From an uncultured delta proteobacterium (GTDB lineage Bacteria > Desulfobacterota > BSN033 > UBA1163), in NCBI GenBank assembly GCA_963708295.1, contig CAVPSJ010000004.1, forward strand, positions 800,001 to 864,000: a stretch of 64,000 nt of DNA. The letters are read 5' to 3'. A program made the position numbers and the translations under genes. Below the pieces are notes generated by a model, which did no database searches, had not been told where the DNA came from, and saw only the letters and a program-made list of their open reading frames with translations. Within the stretch, counting starts at the first letter, position 1, and every line of letters begins with the position of its first letter. Positions 42,326 through 52,239 of this stretch are shown piece after piece.

Positions 42326-43165
42326 ATGAGAGTGGCCTCTTCATTTCTTTCAATCTCCAGTATCCTGATTTGTCTGGCACTCGTTTCCTCCAATGCGATA
42401 TCCGAGGAGGGTCCTTGGAGAAAGATGGGAAATGGGCTCTTTCTTGGACAATTTGATCCCCTGGATGAACATCCTGTCAAGGATTCAAAGATCTTTGTCT
42501 TAAAGATCCATCCAAGGTATTACTCTTTCAAGCTGCTTTGCGCTTCAGAACTTGGAAAGATGAGATTAACAGCCAAAGAATGGTGTAAAAAATACAATCT
42601 CGTTGCTGCCATTAATGCGGGAATGTATCAGCAGGACGGGCTAACGAACGTGGGCTACATGAAGAATTATTCCCATCTCAACAATCCCAGGCTGAATTCC
42701 GCTTATAAGGCCGTTCTAGCGTTTAACCGGGTGGAGGTCGGTGTTCCGGAGATTCAGATTATTGATTTGACGTGTCAGGACTTTGAGGCGTTGAGGCCGA
42801 AGTACCAGACGTTCGTACAGGGTATTCGGATGATCAGTTGTCGTCAAGAGAATGTTTGGTCTAAACAAGACAGGAGATGGAGCTTGGCCGTTTTGGGTGT
42901 GGATAAGGAGGGACACGTCCTCTTTATTCTTTCGGAGGCTCCCTATTCCGGATATGATTTCAACAGGGTTTTGTTGTCCCTTCCACTCTCGATTTTCAAT
43001 GCCACCTATCTGGAGGGGGGACCTGAGGCTAGCCTTTATTTTTCCGCAGCGGGGATGGAGCTGGAAAAGGTCGGGATTTATGGAGCGGATCTGAAAGGGA
43101 GCGCCGTTAGATCCAGCGCCGGTCCGATTCCAAATGTCATTGGGATATCCAGAAAGCCGAATTGA
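42326..43165 (+). CDS. Phosphodiester glycosidase (NAGPA) family exported protein
   Basis: Signal peptide; AAINAGMY, LGVDKEG, YLEGG, IPNVIGI. Confidence 0.7.
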   Translation: MRVASSFLSISSILICLALVSSNAISEEGPWRKMGNGLFLGQFDPLDEHPVKDSKIFVLKIHPRYYSFKLLCASELGKMRLTAKEWCKKYNLVAAINAGMYQQDGLTNVGYMKNYSHLNNPRLNSAYKAVLAFNRVEVGVPEIQIIDLTCQDFEALRPKYQTFVQGIRMISCRQENVWSKQDRRWSLAVLGVDKEGHVLFILSEAPYSGYDFNRVLLSLPLSIFNATYLEGGPEASLYFSAAGMELEKVGIYGADLKGSAVRSSAGPIPNVIGISRKPN

Positions 43166-43480
43166 CACCGGGACACTTACGAATCGGTCCGTAAGGGTAT
43201 AAACATTTGGATGAAGATTCTCCCTTCTGCTCTCCAAAAGAATGAAACACCGTTCACCCTGAGCCTGTCGAAGGGTTCCTATGATTTCGATTTTGAGGGT
43301 TCCTCCCTTCAAACGACATGTTCATTTGCAAAATAGCTTTGTGCCTGAACATCCCGTCCTGTACCCCCCTGCCACCCGGGCGGGGTTCTTTAATCCCGGC
43401 CCCGTGTGCCTCTTTTTTGCATAAAGGACTTTACATGATTTGTCGCTTTATATACTAATATGTGAAAGCGAGGAGGATTC

Positions 43481-45097
43481 TTGAATCAAGTCACAGGAAA
43501 GGATGAGTCTCACCCGGATCATCGGGTCGCCATAGGCCACCACGCAGCGGTGGTGGCGGCAGGTATTCTCCTCAGTCGTATCGCGGGCTTGGTGAGGGAT
43601 CGTGTTTTTGCCTACTACTTTGGAAGTTCCGATGCGGCAGACGCCTTCCGGGCCGCTTTCCGTATCCCAAATTTCTTACAAAACCTGTTTGGCGAGGGGG
43701 TGCTGTCAGCTTCGTTCATTCCTGTATACGCGAATCTCCTTGCCCGTGGGGAGAAAGATGAAGCCGACCGGGTGGCCGCTGCCGTGTTCTGTTTGTTGTC
43801 ACTGGTGCTTTCGTGCCTGGTCATTGTCGGTGTTTTTGCCACCCCCCTCTTGATTGATGCCATTGCGCCCGGATTCGAAGGGGCCAAGCGGGAATTGACG
43901 ATTTCTCTTGTCCGGATCCTATTTCCTGGCGCTGCGCTCCTTGCCCTGTCGGCATGGTGCCTTGGCATTCTAAACAGCCACCGTCGATTTTTCATCTCGT
44001 ACACGGCCCCGGTGGCCTGGAATCTCGTGATGATTGCTTCCCTGGTCGGATTTGGAAGTCGTTTTGAACAGTTTCCGCTCACGAAGGCGCTCGCATGGGG
44101 GTCCGTGGTCGGCAGTGCTGTCCAGTTTGGAGTCCAACTACCTCAGGTGGCTCGTCTGATGCGTCAGTTCCGCGTATCGATGGGACTGGGGATGGAAAGC
44201 GTTCAAACGGTGATCCGCAATTTTGTGCCGGTTTTTATCAGCCGCGGTGTCGTGCAGATCAGCGCTTACATCGACGCTTTGTTGGCAAGTTTTCTGCCCA
44301 CAGGCTCTCTCGCGTCGCTCGTCTATGCCCAAACCTTATATACCTTGCCGGTCAGCCTTTTCGGCATGTCGGTTTCCGCGGCAGAATTGCCTGCTCTCTC
44401 CAGCGCCATAGGCGAAGCCAGTGAAGTCACTGTCTATTTGCGAAACCGGCTGAATGCCGGTCTTCGTCAGATCGCCTTTTTTGTTGTTCCTTCTGCCATC
44501 GCCTTTCTCACCCTCGGTGATGTCATTGCCGGAGCCATCTACCAGACGGGTCAATTTACCCGGCGCGATTCGGTCTACGTGTGGGCCATCCTGGCAGGCT
44601 ACGCTGTAGGCTTACTGGCGACCACGCTTGGAAGACTGTATTCATCGATGTATTACTCCCTGAAGGATACGCGCACTCCCCTGCGTTATGCGGTCGTGCG
44701 CATCCTTCTATCGGCTGTTCTGGGATATCTATGCGCTCTGCCTTTGCCACCCCTCCTGGGACTCGACCCACGTTGGGGAGTGGTGGGACTTACCGCATCG
44801 GCTGGGTTGTGTGGATGGCTGGAGCTTGCCCTGCTTCGGAATTCATTGAAAGAAAGGATCGGAAAGACTGGCCTCCCACCTTCACTCGTCCTCACTTTAT
44901 GCCTTGCTGCTGGAGCGGGTGCAGCTGCAGGCTGGGCTGGCAAGTGGATGATGGGTCTGAGCCATCCGATTCCCTTGGCCATCGTATCTTTGGGATTGTA
45001 CGGTGCGGTCTATTTCGGAATCGCCGCAGTGTTTCGTGTGCCAGAGGCGAGAGGATTATTTAACAAGGTGGGTCGTTTGGCTGGATTCCACCGCTGA
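43481..45097 (+). CDS. murJ: Lipid II flippase
   Basis: SRIAGLVRD...FG, AFRIPN.L..LFGEG.LSASFIP, many TMs. Confidence 0.93.
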   Translation: MNQVTGKDESHPDHRVAIGHHAAVVAAGILLSRIAGLVRDRVFAYYFGSSDAADAFRAAFRIPNFLQNLFGEGVLSASFIPVYANLLARGEKDEADRVAAAVFCLLSLVLSCLVIVGVFATPLLIDAIAPGFEGAKRELTISLVRILFPGAALLALSAWCLGILNSHRRFFISYTAPVAWNLVMIASLVGFGSRFEQFPLTKALAWGSVVGSAVQFGVQLPQVARLMRQFRVSMGLGMESVQTVIRNFVPVFISRGVVQISAYIDALLASFLPTGSLASLVYAQTLYTLPVSLFGMSVSAAELPALSSAIGEASEVTVYLRNRLNAGLRQIAFFVVPSAIAFLTLGDVIAGAIYQTGQFTRRDSVYVWAILAGYAVGLLATTLGRLYSSMYYSLKDTRTPLRYAVVRILLSAVLGYLCALPLPPLLGLDPRWGVVGLTASAGLCGWLELALLRNSLKERIGKTGLPPSLVLTLCLAAGAGAAAGWAGKWMMGLSHPIPLAIVSLGLYGAVYFGIAAVFRVPEARGLFNKVGRLAGFHR

Positions 45098-45196
45098 CGC
45101 GAATTCTTTTAATCGCTCATCTTCAAATTCCCAGCCCATATCGAATTAGATCGTCGCTATCCTCTTCTTTCGAGGCGCCCTCTAAATAGGCTTCAA

Positions 45197-45370
45197 TTAC
45201 TAATGAGGCCATAATTGAGAAGACATATACTGCTCCGGCAAATCCCCATCCCCTTCCTAACCTCCCCCTCGAAGGGGGAGGAACATAAAGATTTCCCTCC
45301 CCCTCAGGGGGAGGGGAAGGGTGGGGATGGGGTTAATCAGGCGTCTATTCAATTATGGACTCATTAGTAA
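45197..45370. mobile_element. MITE-like element, copy 3, between convergent murJ and the radical SAM gene
   Basis: 28-bp near-perfect TIRs TTACTAATGAGGCCATAATTGAGAAGAC / GTCTATTCAATTATGGACTCATTAGTAA; nested GC hairpins. Confidence 0.8.
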
Positions 45371-45414
45371 TCCAGAGGCTGCAAGAAAAGCGAGTCATTT
45401 CTGCCGCTGGCCGG

Positions 45415-47240
45415 CTAATCCCCGGCCGGCCGCCATATTTTGAATTCGGGCAGGGGATTGTAGCGTTGGCTCATGTGGTTCAAGAACCACCGGGGAAGAG
45501 CTTTCTCTGAAGTCTTCACCAGACACACGGGGCGAGACGGAATCTTTTGACCATCCGGCAACAGAATGGGAAGGGATTCCCTTGGGTCAGGCCATTTCCA
45601 GAGAAGCCCCTGATGGCGACCGATGATGAGAAAGCGTCGGTAGGGCGTATGAGATACCGTATAATCCCGGTCCAGGAAATGTTGTGGCTGTTCCCGGACG
45701 AACTGCCAGCAGGGGTTCAGTTCTTCAGGGAAGACATCAGGGGGTACTTCAATGGAGAGCAAAGTAAAAGGATTCTCTTCCAAGTATTCGCGTAAGCATG
45801 GAAGCCATCTTGTAGGCTCTCTCAGGACCTCTCTGGACAGATGAAGGGTCAGAGCATAGGCAAGGGTTTGGTTGAACCGGGAAAGAGGGTGCACTTGATC
45901 AAGAGTTTGCCAGTGGATCTCCGTACGCAATTCCAGGGCCAGGGAATCCATTTTTGAAACAGAGTCTAAGGCCGGAGGAACCTCGACCGGAGAGATCTCT
46001 TCCTCGATCCGGTTTTCGTAATGAAGAAAGGCCTGACAAATTTCCGGAGCGGCTATTTCATCATTTCGCGTCACGAGATAGGGAGGGCAGGGCATGGCCT
46101 TAATTTTAAACTCATTGGAACGCTGGTGAAGCTCCGTTCCTGAAATAAGGCTCAGCGGATAAAGCATCAAGAGGTCGTAGACTTCATGCTCGAGCACCCA
46201 GTCGAGACTCCGGCAGATATCAGAGAGGCGATCCCCGGGGAGTCCTGCAATCAGATCGACCATCACTTCGATGCCATTGTCCTGCAGGAGATGAACCCCC
46301 CTCTGAAAGCCTTCACCTTCGAAATCTCGACGAATGCGCCTCAGCGTATCCCTCTTGATACTTTGGAGGCCGACTTCCAGTTCGGGTGAAGCCGGCCCGT
46401 CCCATCTTCTCAGCCATCCATGGATCAATCGCTTCGGCATTGGCTTCAGCATGAATTTTTATGAAGCGGTCATGATTGATTTTTTCTATTTCTTTCAGGA
46501 GCGCCTCAAGTTGAGGATGTTTGGTAAAACAGGGATCGAGAAAGACAATCTCCTCAAAGCCTTTCTCCCGTGCGCGGCGCACTTCCATCACAATGCGTTC
46601 GAGGGAAAAAGCCCTGAGGCCTGCCGATTGCTTATGATAATAGCAGTAGGCGCACCGGTGAACACAACCGCGCACGGCCTCCAGCCACAAGACATTCTTG
46701 AGATGGCCATCCAGTCTTCCGGAGAGAAAAGGAGACGTCCAATGATCGAGGGTAGTGAGAAAACTTCGTTCCGCTGAAATGCCATTCCCCATCTTCTTCT
46801 TTCGCGAGTACCCCGGGAATACGAGGAACCTCAGGATGAGATTGCAGTAAGACTTTCCATGCCTCTTCGCCTTCGCCCACGACGCCGATATCGAAATCCT
46901 TGTGCCGCAGGAGGAATTCGTTATCAGGGTTGATCTCCGGCCCGCCCAGCACGATCTTACAGGAGGGTAAATGGTGCTTGAGTTGTCGGGCAAGAAATAG
47001 GCTTCGTTCCACATTCCACAAATAACAACTCATCCCTACCAGGTCCGGTTGGGAATCCACCAAAACCCGGAGGATGGCCTGATCGTTGCCGTAAGACATC
47101 AAGGGGTTTGGCAACAGTTCCGCGTTCATTCCTTCTGCTTCTGCAATCCGTTGGAGGTAGGAAGCGGCGAGAGGAATATTCTCTCTGCTGTAGAAGAAAT
47201 CGTGTCCCTGAATGGGAAGTTGTAATAAGAACAGCTTCAT
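45415..47240 (-). CDS. Cobalamin-binding radical SAM protein (2 frameshifts)
   Basis: PDLVGMSCYLWN, IVLGGPE, GEGE; RGCVHRCAYC; EVGLQS; DLIAGLPGD. Confidence 0.88.
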
Positions 47241-47253
47241 AAGCTTTCTATTT

Positions 47254-47290
47254 ACCCCCCGTCGAAAGCAGAAGATTTTCTAACGGGGTT
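47254..47290. repeat. REP-like CCCCGTTAGAAA palindrome
   Basis: ccccgtcgaaa...tttctaacgggg; same family as 48266-48383. Confidence 0.55.
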
Positions 47291-47407
47291 AACTTATAAT
47301 GCCCTCTTCCATCCGTCAAGCATTGGATCATTTTTTGATCAGCCGTCCTTGAAATTCAGAGGGCCAATGCATAAATTAGTATAGATTATGAAAAGGAGGT
47401 GAGCTGG

Positions 47408-47551
47408 ATGAAATGTGACCGCTGCGGAGGTTCGATGGCTTTCGAGAAATTCTATGGCCAGACCGAGGATTTTTTCGGATGGAGATGCATTTTTTGCGGG
47501 GAGATCGTTGACCGTATCATCCTGGAGAACCGACTTCAAAAGAGACGTTAA
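47408..47551 (+). CDS. Small zinc-ribbon protein, 47 aa
   Basis: MKCDRCGGSMAFEKFYGQTEDFFGWRCIFCGEIVDRIILENRLQKRR; AGGAGGTG SD; missed by the ORF track. Confidence 0.8.
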   Translation: MKCDRCGGSMAFEKFYGQTEDFFGWRCIFCGEIVDRIILENRLQKRR

Positions 47552-48117
47552 CCGGTCACGCTTTTTCTTCCCAGATCGTAAGCTTGTTTCTTGATTGCCT
47601 CATTCTTGGAAATTTCTCCTTTTGCGGAAGCCGAGGCCTGAACCACTCCAAAGAAGTTGAGTCCGCTGAATTGGCAAGTGCTTTTGAAACTGTGAACAAT
47701 GGGGTCAGCGGTCGAGACGTTTGGGTCTCCGCAGAGCGTAATCAGGCCGATCTTTTTCCCCTTCATCTTCGGACGGTAGGCCTTCTGCCATTGCCACTCC
47801 GCATCAAAAAAAACGCACCAGCGGTCCAGGTAGGCTTTCATCTGTGAAGTCATGGCCCAGAAATAGACAGGCACACTGTGGATGATGGCTTCTGCCTCGA
47901 GGATCTTCTTGTGAATCTCCAGCATGTCATCCTTGATGACGCAGATCCCTGTTTCATTGCACTTTCCACAATCCAGGCACCCGGAAATCTTTTTCTTGGA
48001 CAGGACGATCTTCTCCACTTCTGCCCCTGCATTCTTAGCCCCGGCCAGCGCTTGTTCTAGCAAGATGTCACTGTTCCCTCCGACCCGAGGGCTTCCCAGG
48101 ATTCCTAAGACTTTCAT
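47548..48117 (-). CDS. Iron-sulfur flavoprotein (Isf/flavodoxin family)
   Basis: GSPR.GGNS, CLDCGKC....CVIKDDM, PVYF. Confidence 0.9.
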   Translation of the reverse strand: MKVLGILGSPRVGGNSDILLEQALAGAKNAGAEVEKIVLSKKKISGCLDCGKCNETGICVIKDDMLEIHKKILEAEAIIHSVPVYFWAMTSQMKAYLDRWCVFFDAEWQWQKAYRPKMKGKKIGLITLCGDPNVSTADPIVHSFKSTCQFSGLNFFGVVQASASAKGEISKNEAIKKQAYDLGRKSVTG

Positions 48118-48225
48118 TTTTCCTCCTCCTTCATGAATCAAGCCTTTTCAAACTTTAAGCCTTTTTAAAAGATTTGGCAATAAAGGGATTCGACCTAGGG
48201 GGTCCTGAGCAAGTGATTTTGAAGA

Positions 48226-48254
48226 TTGACACTCTCCTATCGTCACTTTATAGT
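48226..48254 (+). promoter_or_regulatory. Sigma70 promoter of rubrerythrin
   Basis: TTGACA-17 nt-TATAGT. Confidence 0.7.
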
Positions 48255-48265
48255 ATCCTATCAAA

Positions 48266-48383
48266 GTAAACCCGTTAGAAAGTCTTGACACAAGGCTTAC
48301 CCGTTTAGAAATAAATCTCTAAGGGGGTTCGCTGAAAAGAAATAGTTCTCATCCCCGTTGCACCGCTTTCTAACGGGGTAAAC
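48266..48383. repeat. Nested REP-like inverted repeats in the rubrerythrin leader
   Basis: CCCGTTAGAAAG / CTTTCTAACGGG outer pair plus an inner degenerate pair. Confidence 0.6.
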
Positions 48384-48413
48384 GTCTATCATTGAATCAA
48401 GTGAGGAGGGAAA

Positions 48414-48989
48414 GTGATGGAATTGAAAGGAAGCAAGACGGAAAAGAATCTTTTGGCCGCTTTTGCCGGCGAATCCCAGGCCCGGAATCGTTATACCTAT
48501 TTTGCCAGTGCTGCCAAAAAAGAGGGGTATGAGCAGATATCTGCCATCTTTCTGGAAACAGCCGAAAACGAGAAAGAACATGCCAAGCTCTTTTTCAGTT
48601 TGCTCAAGGGAGGAGACGAAGAGATCATGGCTGCTTACCCTGCTGGAGTCGTTGGGAATACCATCGACAATTTGAAAGCAGCAGCTGCCGGAGAAAATCT
48701 TGAATGGACAAAGCTCTACCAGGATTTCGCCGCGGTAGCCAAGACGGAAGGATTGGGTGAAGCTTACGAAGCCTTCACCCAGGTTGCCAAGGTGGAAAAG
48801 TTCCACGAGGCCAGGTACCTGGATCTATTAAAAAATGTAAAGGAAGGGAAGGCATTTAAAAAGGACACTTCTGTGAAATGGCACTGCCGGAATTGTGGTT
48901 ATGTCTTTGAAGGGAAGGAAGTCCCGGAGAAATGTCCGGTCTGCAAACATCCCCGAGCTTACTTCGAAGTTCTGGCGGAGAATTATTGA
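48414..48989 (+). CDS. rbr: Rubrerythrin
   Basis: AFAGESQARNRY, NEKEHA, EKFHE, WHCRNCGY...CPVC.HP. Confidence 0.96.
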   Translation: MMELKGSKTEKNLLAAFAGESQARNRYTYFASAAKKEGYEQISAIFLETAENEKEHAKLFFSLLKGGDEEIMAAYPAGVVGNTIDNLKAAAAGENLEWTKLYQDFAAVAKTEGLGEAYEAFTQVAKVEKFHEARYLDLLKNVKEGKAFKKDTSVKWHCRNCGYVFEGKEVPEKCPVCKHPRAYFEVLAENY

Positions 48990-49249
48990 TGATCCATGCT
49001 TGCCGAGGGGGAGGTTCCTCTAAAGGAATCTCCCCCATCCTTCAAAATTTCCCTATCATCCCCTCCCATCGGTCCGTACAATTCTATTTATTTAGCACTA
49101 TAATTTCTAGAAACAGAACGGTTCATCATACGGATGGATAAAGGGAAGCCTGTGTGGTAAGATGGGGCGTACGTTTCTATTCTTCTAAGAAATATTTTCG
49201 CAGCAATAAATCACGGTTGTGTGGCATAATAAAACATGAAGGGAAGAAG

Positions 49250-49927
49250 ATGAGTCAAACCTCCATAAGAGTTCTGATCACCTGTATGAGCCTATCGATC
49301 TTATTGGTTGGCACTGTCCTTTCGGTCTTTGCCCAAAAAACCGGGACCTCCAAAGAACTGGATGCGACGGTGGAAAAATTTCTGAATGAAAACCGGAGGA
49401 ACTGGCATGACTTGAATGTGCCCTACAAGGACGGCAAACATTATTCAATTTGATCGTCAAAAACAATTACAGAAGGGCGTTGGAAATCGGCACTTCCACA
49501 GGCCATTCCTCTATATGGATGGCCTGGGCATTGAGCAAAACAGGCGGCAAACTGATCACCATTGAGATCGATGAGGGCCGGTACAAAACAGCGTTGAAGA
49601 ATTTCAAGAAGGCCGGAGTGGAAGAATTTATCGATGCCCGGTTGGCCGATGCCCATCAACTGGTGAAAGAGTTGAAAGGGCCCTTTGATTTTGTCTTTTC
49701 CGATGCCGACAAGGAATGGTATACGCAGTATTTCAAAGAGGTGGACCCCAAACTGGTCAGTGGGCGGCTGCTTTACGGCCCACAATGTGACCGATGGTTT
49801 TGGAGATGTAAAAACATTTCTTAACTATGTCCGGAGCCTTCCCAACTACGAGACCACGATCGATCGTTCCAGCAGTTCAGGCATTTCCATCAGCTACAAG
49901 AAGTCAAACGCACCTTCCTCACGTTGA
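49250..49927 (+). CDS. Class I SAM-dependent O-methyltransferase with signal peptide (2 frameshifts)
   Basis: LEIGTSTGHS, ITIEID, FDFVFSDADK, AHNV; hydrophobic N-terminus ending VFA. Confidence 0.82.
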
Positions 49928-49993
49928 TTTCGGTCCCAATTTTTCTTATTCTGTTTTTTCGGAATCCTTTTTTCCTTCTCCGTTTCCTTTCTC

Positions 49994-51688
49994 TCACCCC
50001 ATCGCATCATCTTTCTCTACTTCCTCGCTTTTTTCTCCGGTGTCGGAGGGCGATTCCCTGCATTCGGACGCGGTCCACTCCTCGCTGAGTCTTCGCAGGT
50101 CCTGCTGCTGCTGCTGAATCGAGAAGTCGGCATATTCAGGGTCTTTCTTCCGATACGTCTTCTCGATGAAGGCAATGGAGTTGTTGGTGGCGAGGATCTG
50201 TGCCTGGATCATCTCACACCTCTTCGATCCTCGACGGACCTCGATCGAGTCCATCCGGGGAGGAGAAGGCCGAGCTTTCTTCACGGCTGTCGGAGACGGT
50301 TCTCTGCATTCGGACCTCGTCCACTCCTCATTGAGTTTTACCAGGAGATGCTGCTGCTGGAGAATCGAGAAATCCGCGTATTTAGGATCCTTCTTTCGGT
50401 AAGCCTTCTCAATGAAAGCAATAGAGCTTTTGGTGGTAAGGGTCTGTGCATGGATCATTTCACATTTGCTCAACCCCCAACGGGCCTCGATCGAATGCTT
50501 CGGATGAGGGGAAAGCCAGAAACGGTTCTGATAGGCATGATAGAGGGTGATGGAGCGGTTCTGTGAGATATCGATCGAAATGCTCTCCATCAACCGCTTC
50601 ACCATCCCCCGGTCGAGATCGTTCGATTCGATGATCTTTGAAAGATGATCCATCAGGGAGATGATTATTCCATCACGGCCCGGGGTACTGTGAATCTCCC
50701 ATCCTTCCGAGCCATCCGGGCAGTCCCCGTTGTGACACTGCTCGTATCCTGTCAGAACTACGGGAACCCTCTCCCTGAGATAGCGAGCGATCGTTCCCAT
50801 AACCTTCATCATCTTCTCCGTGGGGGGATAGTTTGTTGGATCGATCCTTCGGGCCACGGCTTCGACAAAATCGGCAGAGTCCTTACAGAAATCAGAGGTA
50901 TATTGCTCTTGGGAATAAAAGGGGTGTTCTTGAACAGGGAGATACTTCCATTCCCCGTTTTCAGAAACGGGCCATCGGAACTTCATAAGACCTGAACGGG
51001 AATCGGATTCCGGTCTCACCGAAAAAAAATATCCCGCACTTAGTTTTCGAACCCTCACCGGAAGCCCCGACTCCCAGGTCTGAAGAGGATGGGCCTGGCT
51101 CCCGTCGAGAAAGACATGGCCGATCATCCCCGTATGGGATTCTGTCACCAAGAATAGCGTCCCGGGGGTGACCGAATCGGAAGAAATCCGGATGGGATAG
51201 GTGTCGAGGGGGAGGGTGCCTGTCCAGGTCATCGGAAGGAGGTAACGAAGCGCAGCGCGGAAACGTTCGTCCATGTGCCATTCCGGGTGGGTTGGAAAAT
51301 GTTTCCAATCCGTGGACCAGTGGCCGATCCATCTGCCTTCCCGTGTCGTAGCAGCAGCGGGAAGATGGTTGATCCGGGCATAAATCCATCGGATCGCATA
51401 AACAGCATCCGCGCAATCCGTGGGGATCTGGTAGCGGATGAAGAAATCCTCGGTAATCGTTTCATCCACCCATTTTTCATACCGGCGCTCTTCTTCAACC
51501 GTCCAGCGACGATCGCCGACCTCCCAGACTTGATCCATGGATTCCCGAACTTGATCTGTAGATTTCCAAACTTGATTCGTAGACTCTTCCAGCACCTGGC
51601 CGAGGCCTTGATCCGTAGATTCATCCAGCATCTGACCGAGGCATGGAGTGGAGACAAGGACGACCAGCAGGAGAACAAGAAATGGCAT
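49994..51688 (-). CDS. Exported hypothetical protein with DCAD/SHTG motifs and a C-terminal repeat of 82-aa period
   Basis: Intact 564-aa ORF, signal peptide, internal duplication at 246-nt period. Confidence 0.75.
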   Translation of the reverse strand: MPFLVLLLVVLVSTPCLGQMLDESTDQGLGQVLEESTNQVWKSTDQVRESMDQVWEVGDRRWTVEEERRYEKWVDETITEDFFIRYQIPTDCADAVYAIRWIYARINHLPAAATTREGRWIGHWSTDWKHFPTHPEWHMDERFRAALRYLLPMTWTGTLPLDTYPIRISSDSVTPGTLFLVTESHTGMIGHVFLDGSQAHPLQTWESGLPVRVRKLSAGYFFSVRPESDSRSGLMKFRWPVSENGEWKYLPVQEHPFYSQEQYTSDFCKDSADFVEAVARRIDPTNYPPTEKMMKVMGTIARYLRERVPVVLTGYEQCHNGDCPDGSEGWEIHSTPGRDGIIISLMDHLSKIIESNDLDRGMVKRLMESISIDISQNRSITLYHAYQNRFWLSPHPKHSIEARWGLSKCEMIHAQTLTTKSSIAFIEKAYRKKDPKYADFSILQQQHLLVKLNEEWTRSECREPSPTAVKKARPSPPRMDSIEVRRGSKRCEMIQAQILATNNSIAFIEKTYRKKDPEYADFSIQQQQQDLRRLSEEWTASECRESPSDTGEKSEEVEKDDAMG

Positions 51689-51724
51689 AGCTCCATATTA
51701 AGAAGATTGTCAGAAGATTGTCAA

Positions 51725-51962
51725 CCCTTCGACTCCCCAGTGAGAGGCCTGCGCTTGCTTTCACCCCGATCCCAGGGGCTCAGGGTTGACCCTGAGCGAA
51801 GCTTTGCGCCGCCGAATGGGTCAACAGAGGGTGTTGTAATTAACGAAAAATCGCTTCTGCTGCAAGCCGGGATAGGTACTCAGGTGATGAAGCTTTAGGC
51901 CTGCCTGCGCGAAGCCGCTTCGGCGAGGCAGGGCGGAAACCTTTTAACGATCAGCACCTGAG
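51725..51962. repeat. Mosaic of REP-like palindromes
   Basis: GCTCAGGGT-TG-ACCCTGAGC; CCTGCCT...AGGCAGG nested within CTCAGGTG...CACCTGAG. Confidence 0.6.
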
Positions 51963-52166
51963 CTGCAAGCCCATGAAGAGATTGCATTTGCAAGAGCCTC
52001 GATTACCCATAACTCTAAAAGACCGCATTCCAAAGCTGGGGAGCCTGAGTGCCTGTTCCGGTGGTATCTCCCCTTCATCCTTCATTATGATTGCGCAGGG
52101 GGAGAGGGGAGGAGATCATTTTGTGGTTCTCAGTGAAAAAGAGATGCTTGCGGCTTGCCGGAGAGC

Positions 52167-52194
52167 TTGATTTATGAAAGGGTCGCGCTATAAT
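52167..52194 (+). promoter_or_regulatory. Sigma70 promoter of the MBL gene
   Basis: TTGATT-16 nt-TATAAT. Confidence 0.55.
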
Positions 52195-52239
52195 ACCTAA
52201 GACAATTCAAATATCCTTAGATTCCAGGGGAGGCATGCA

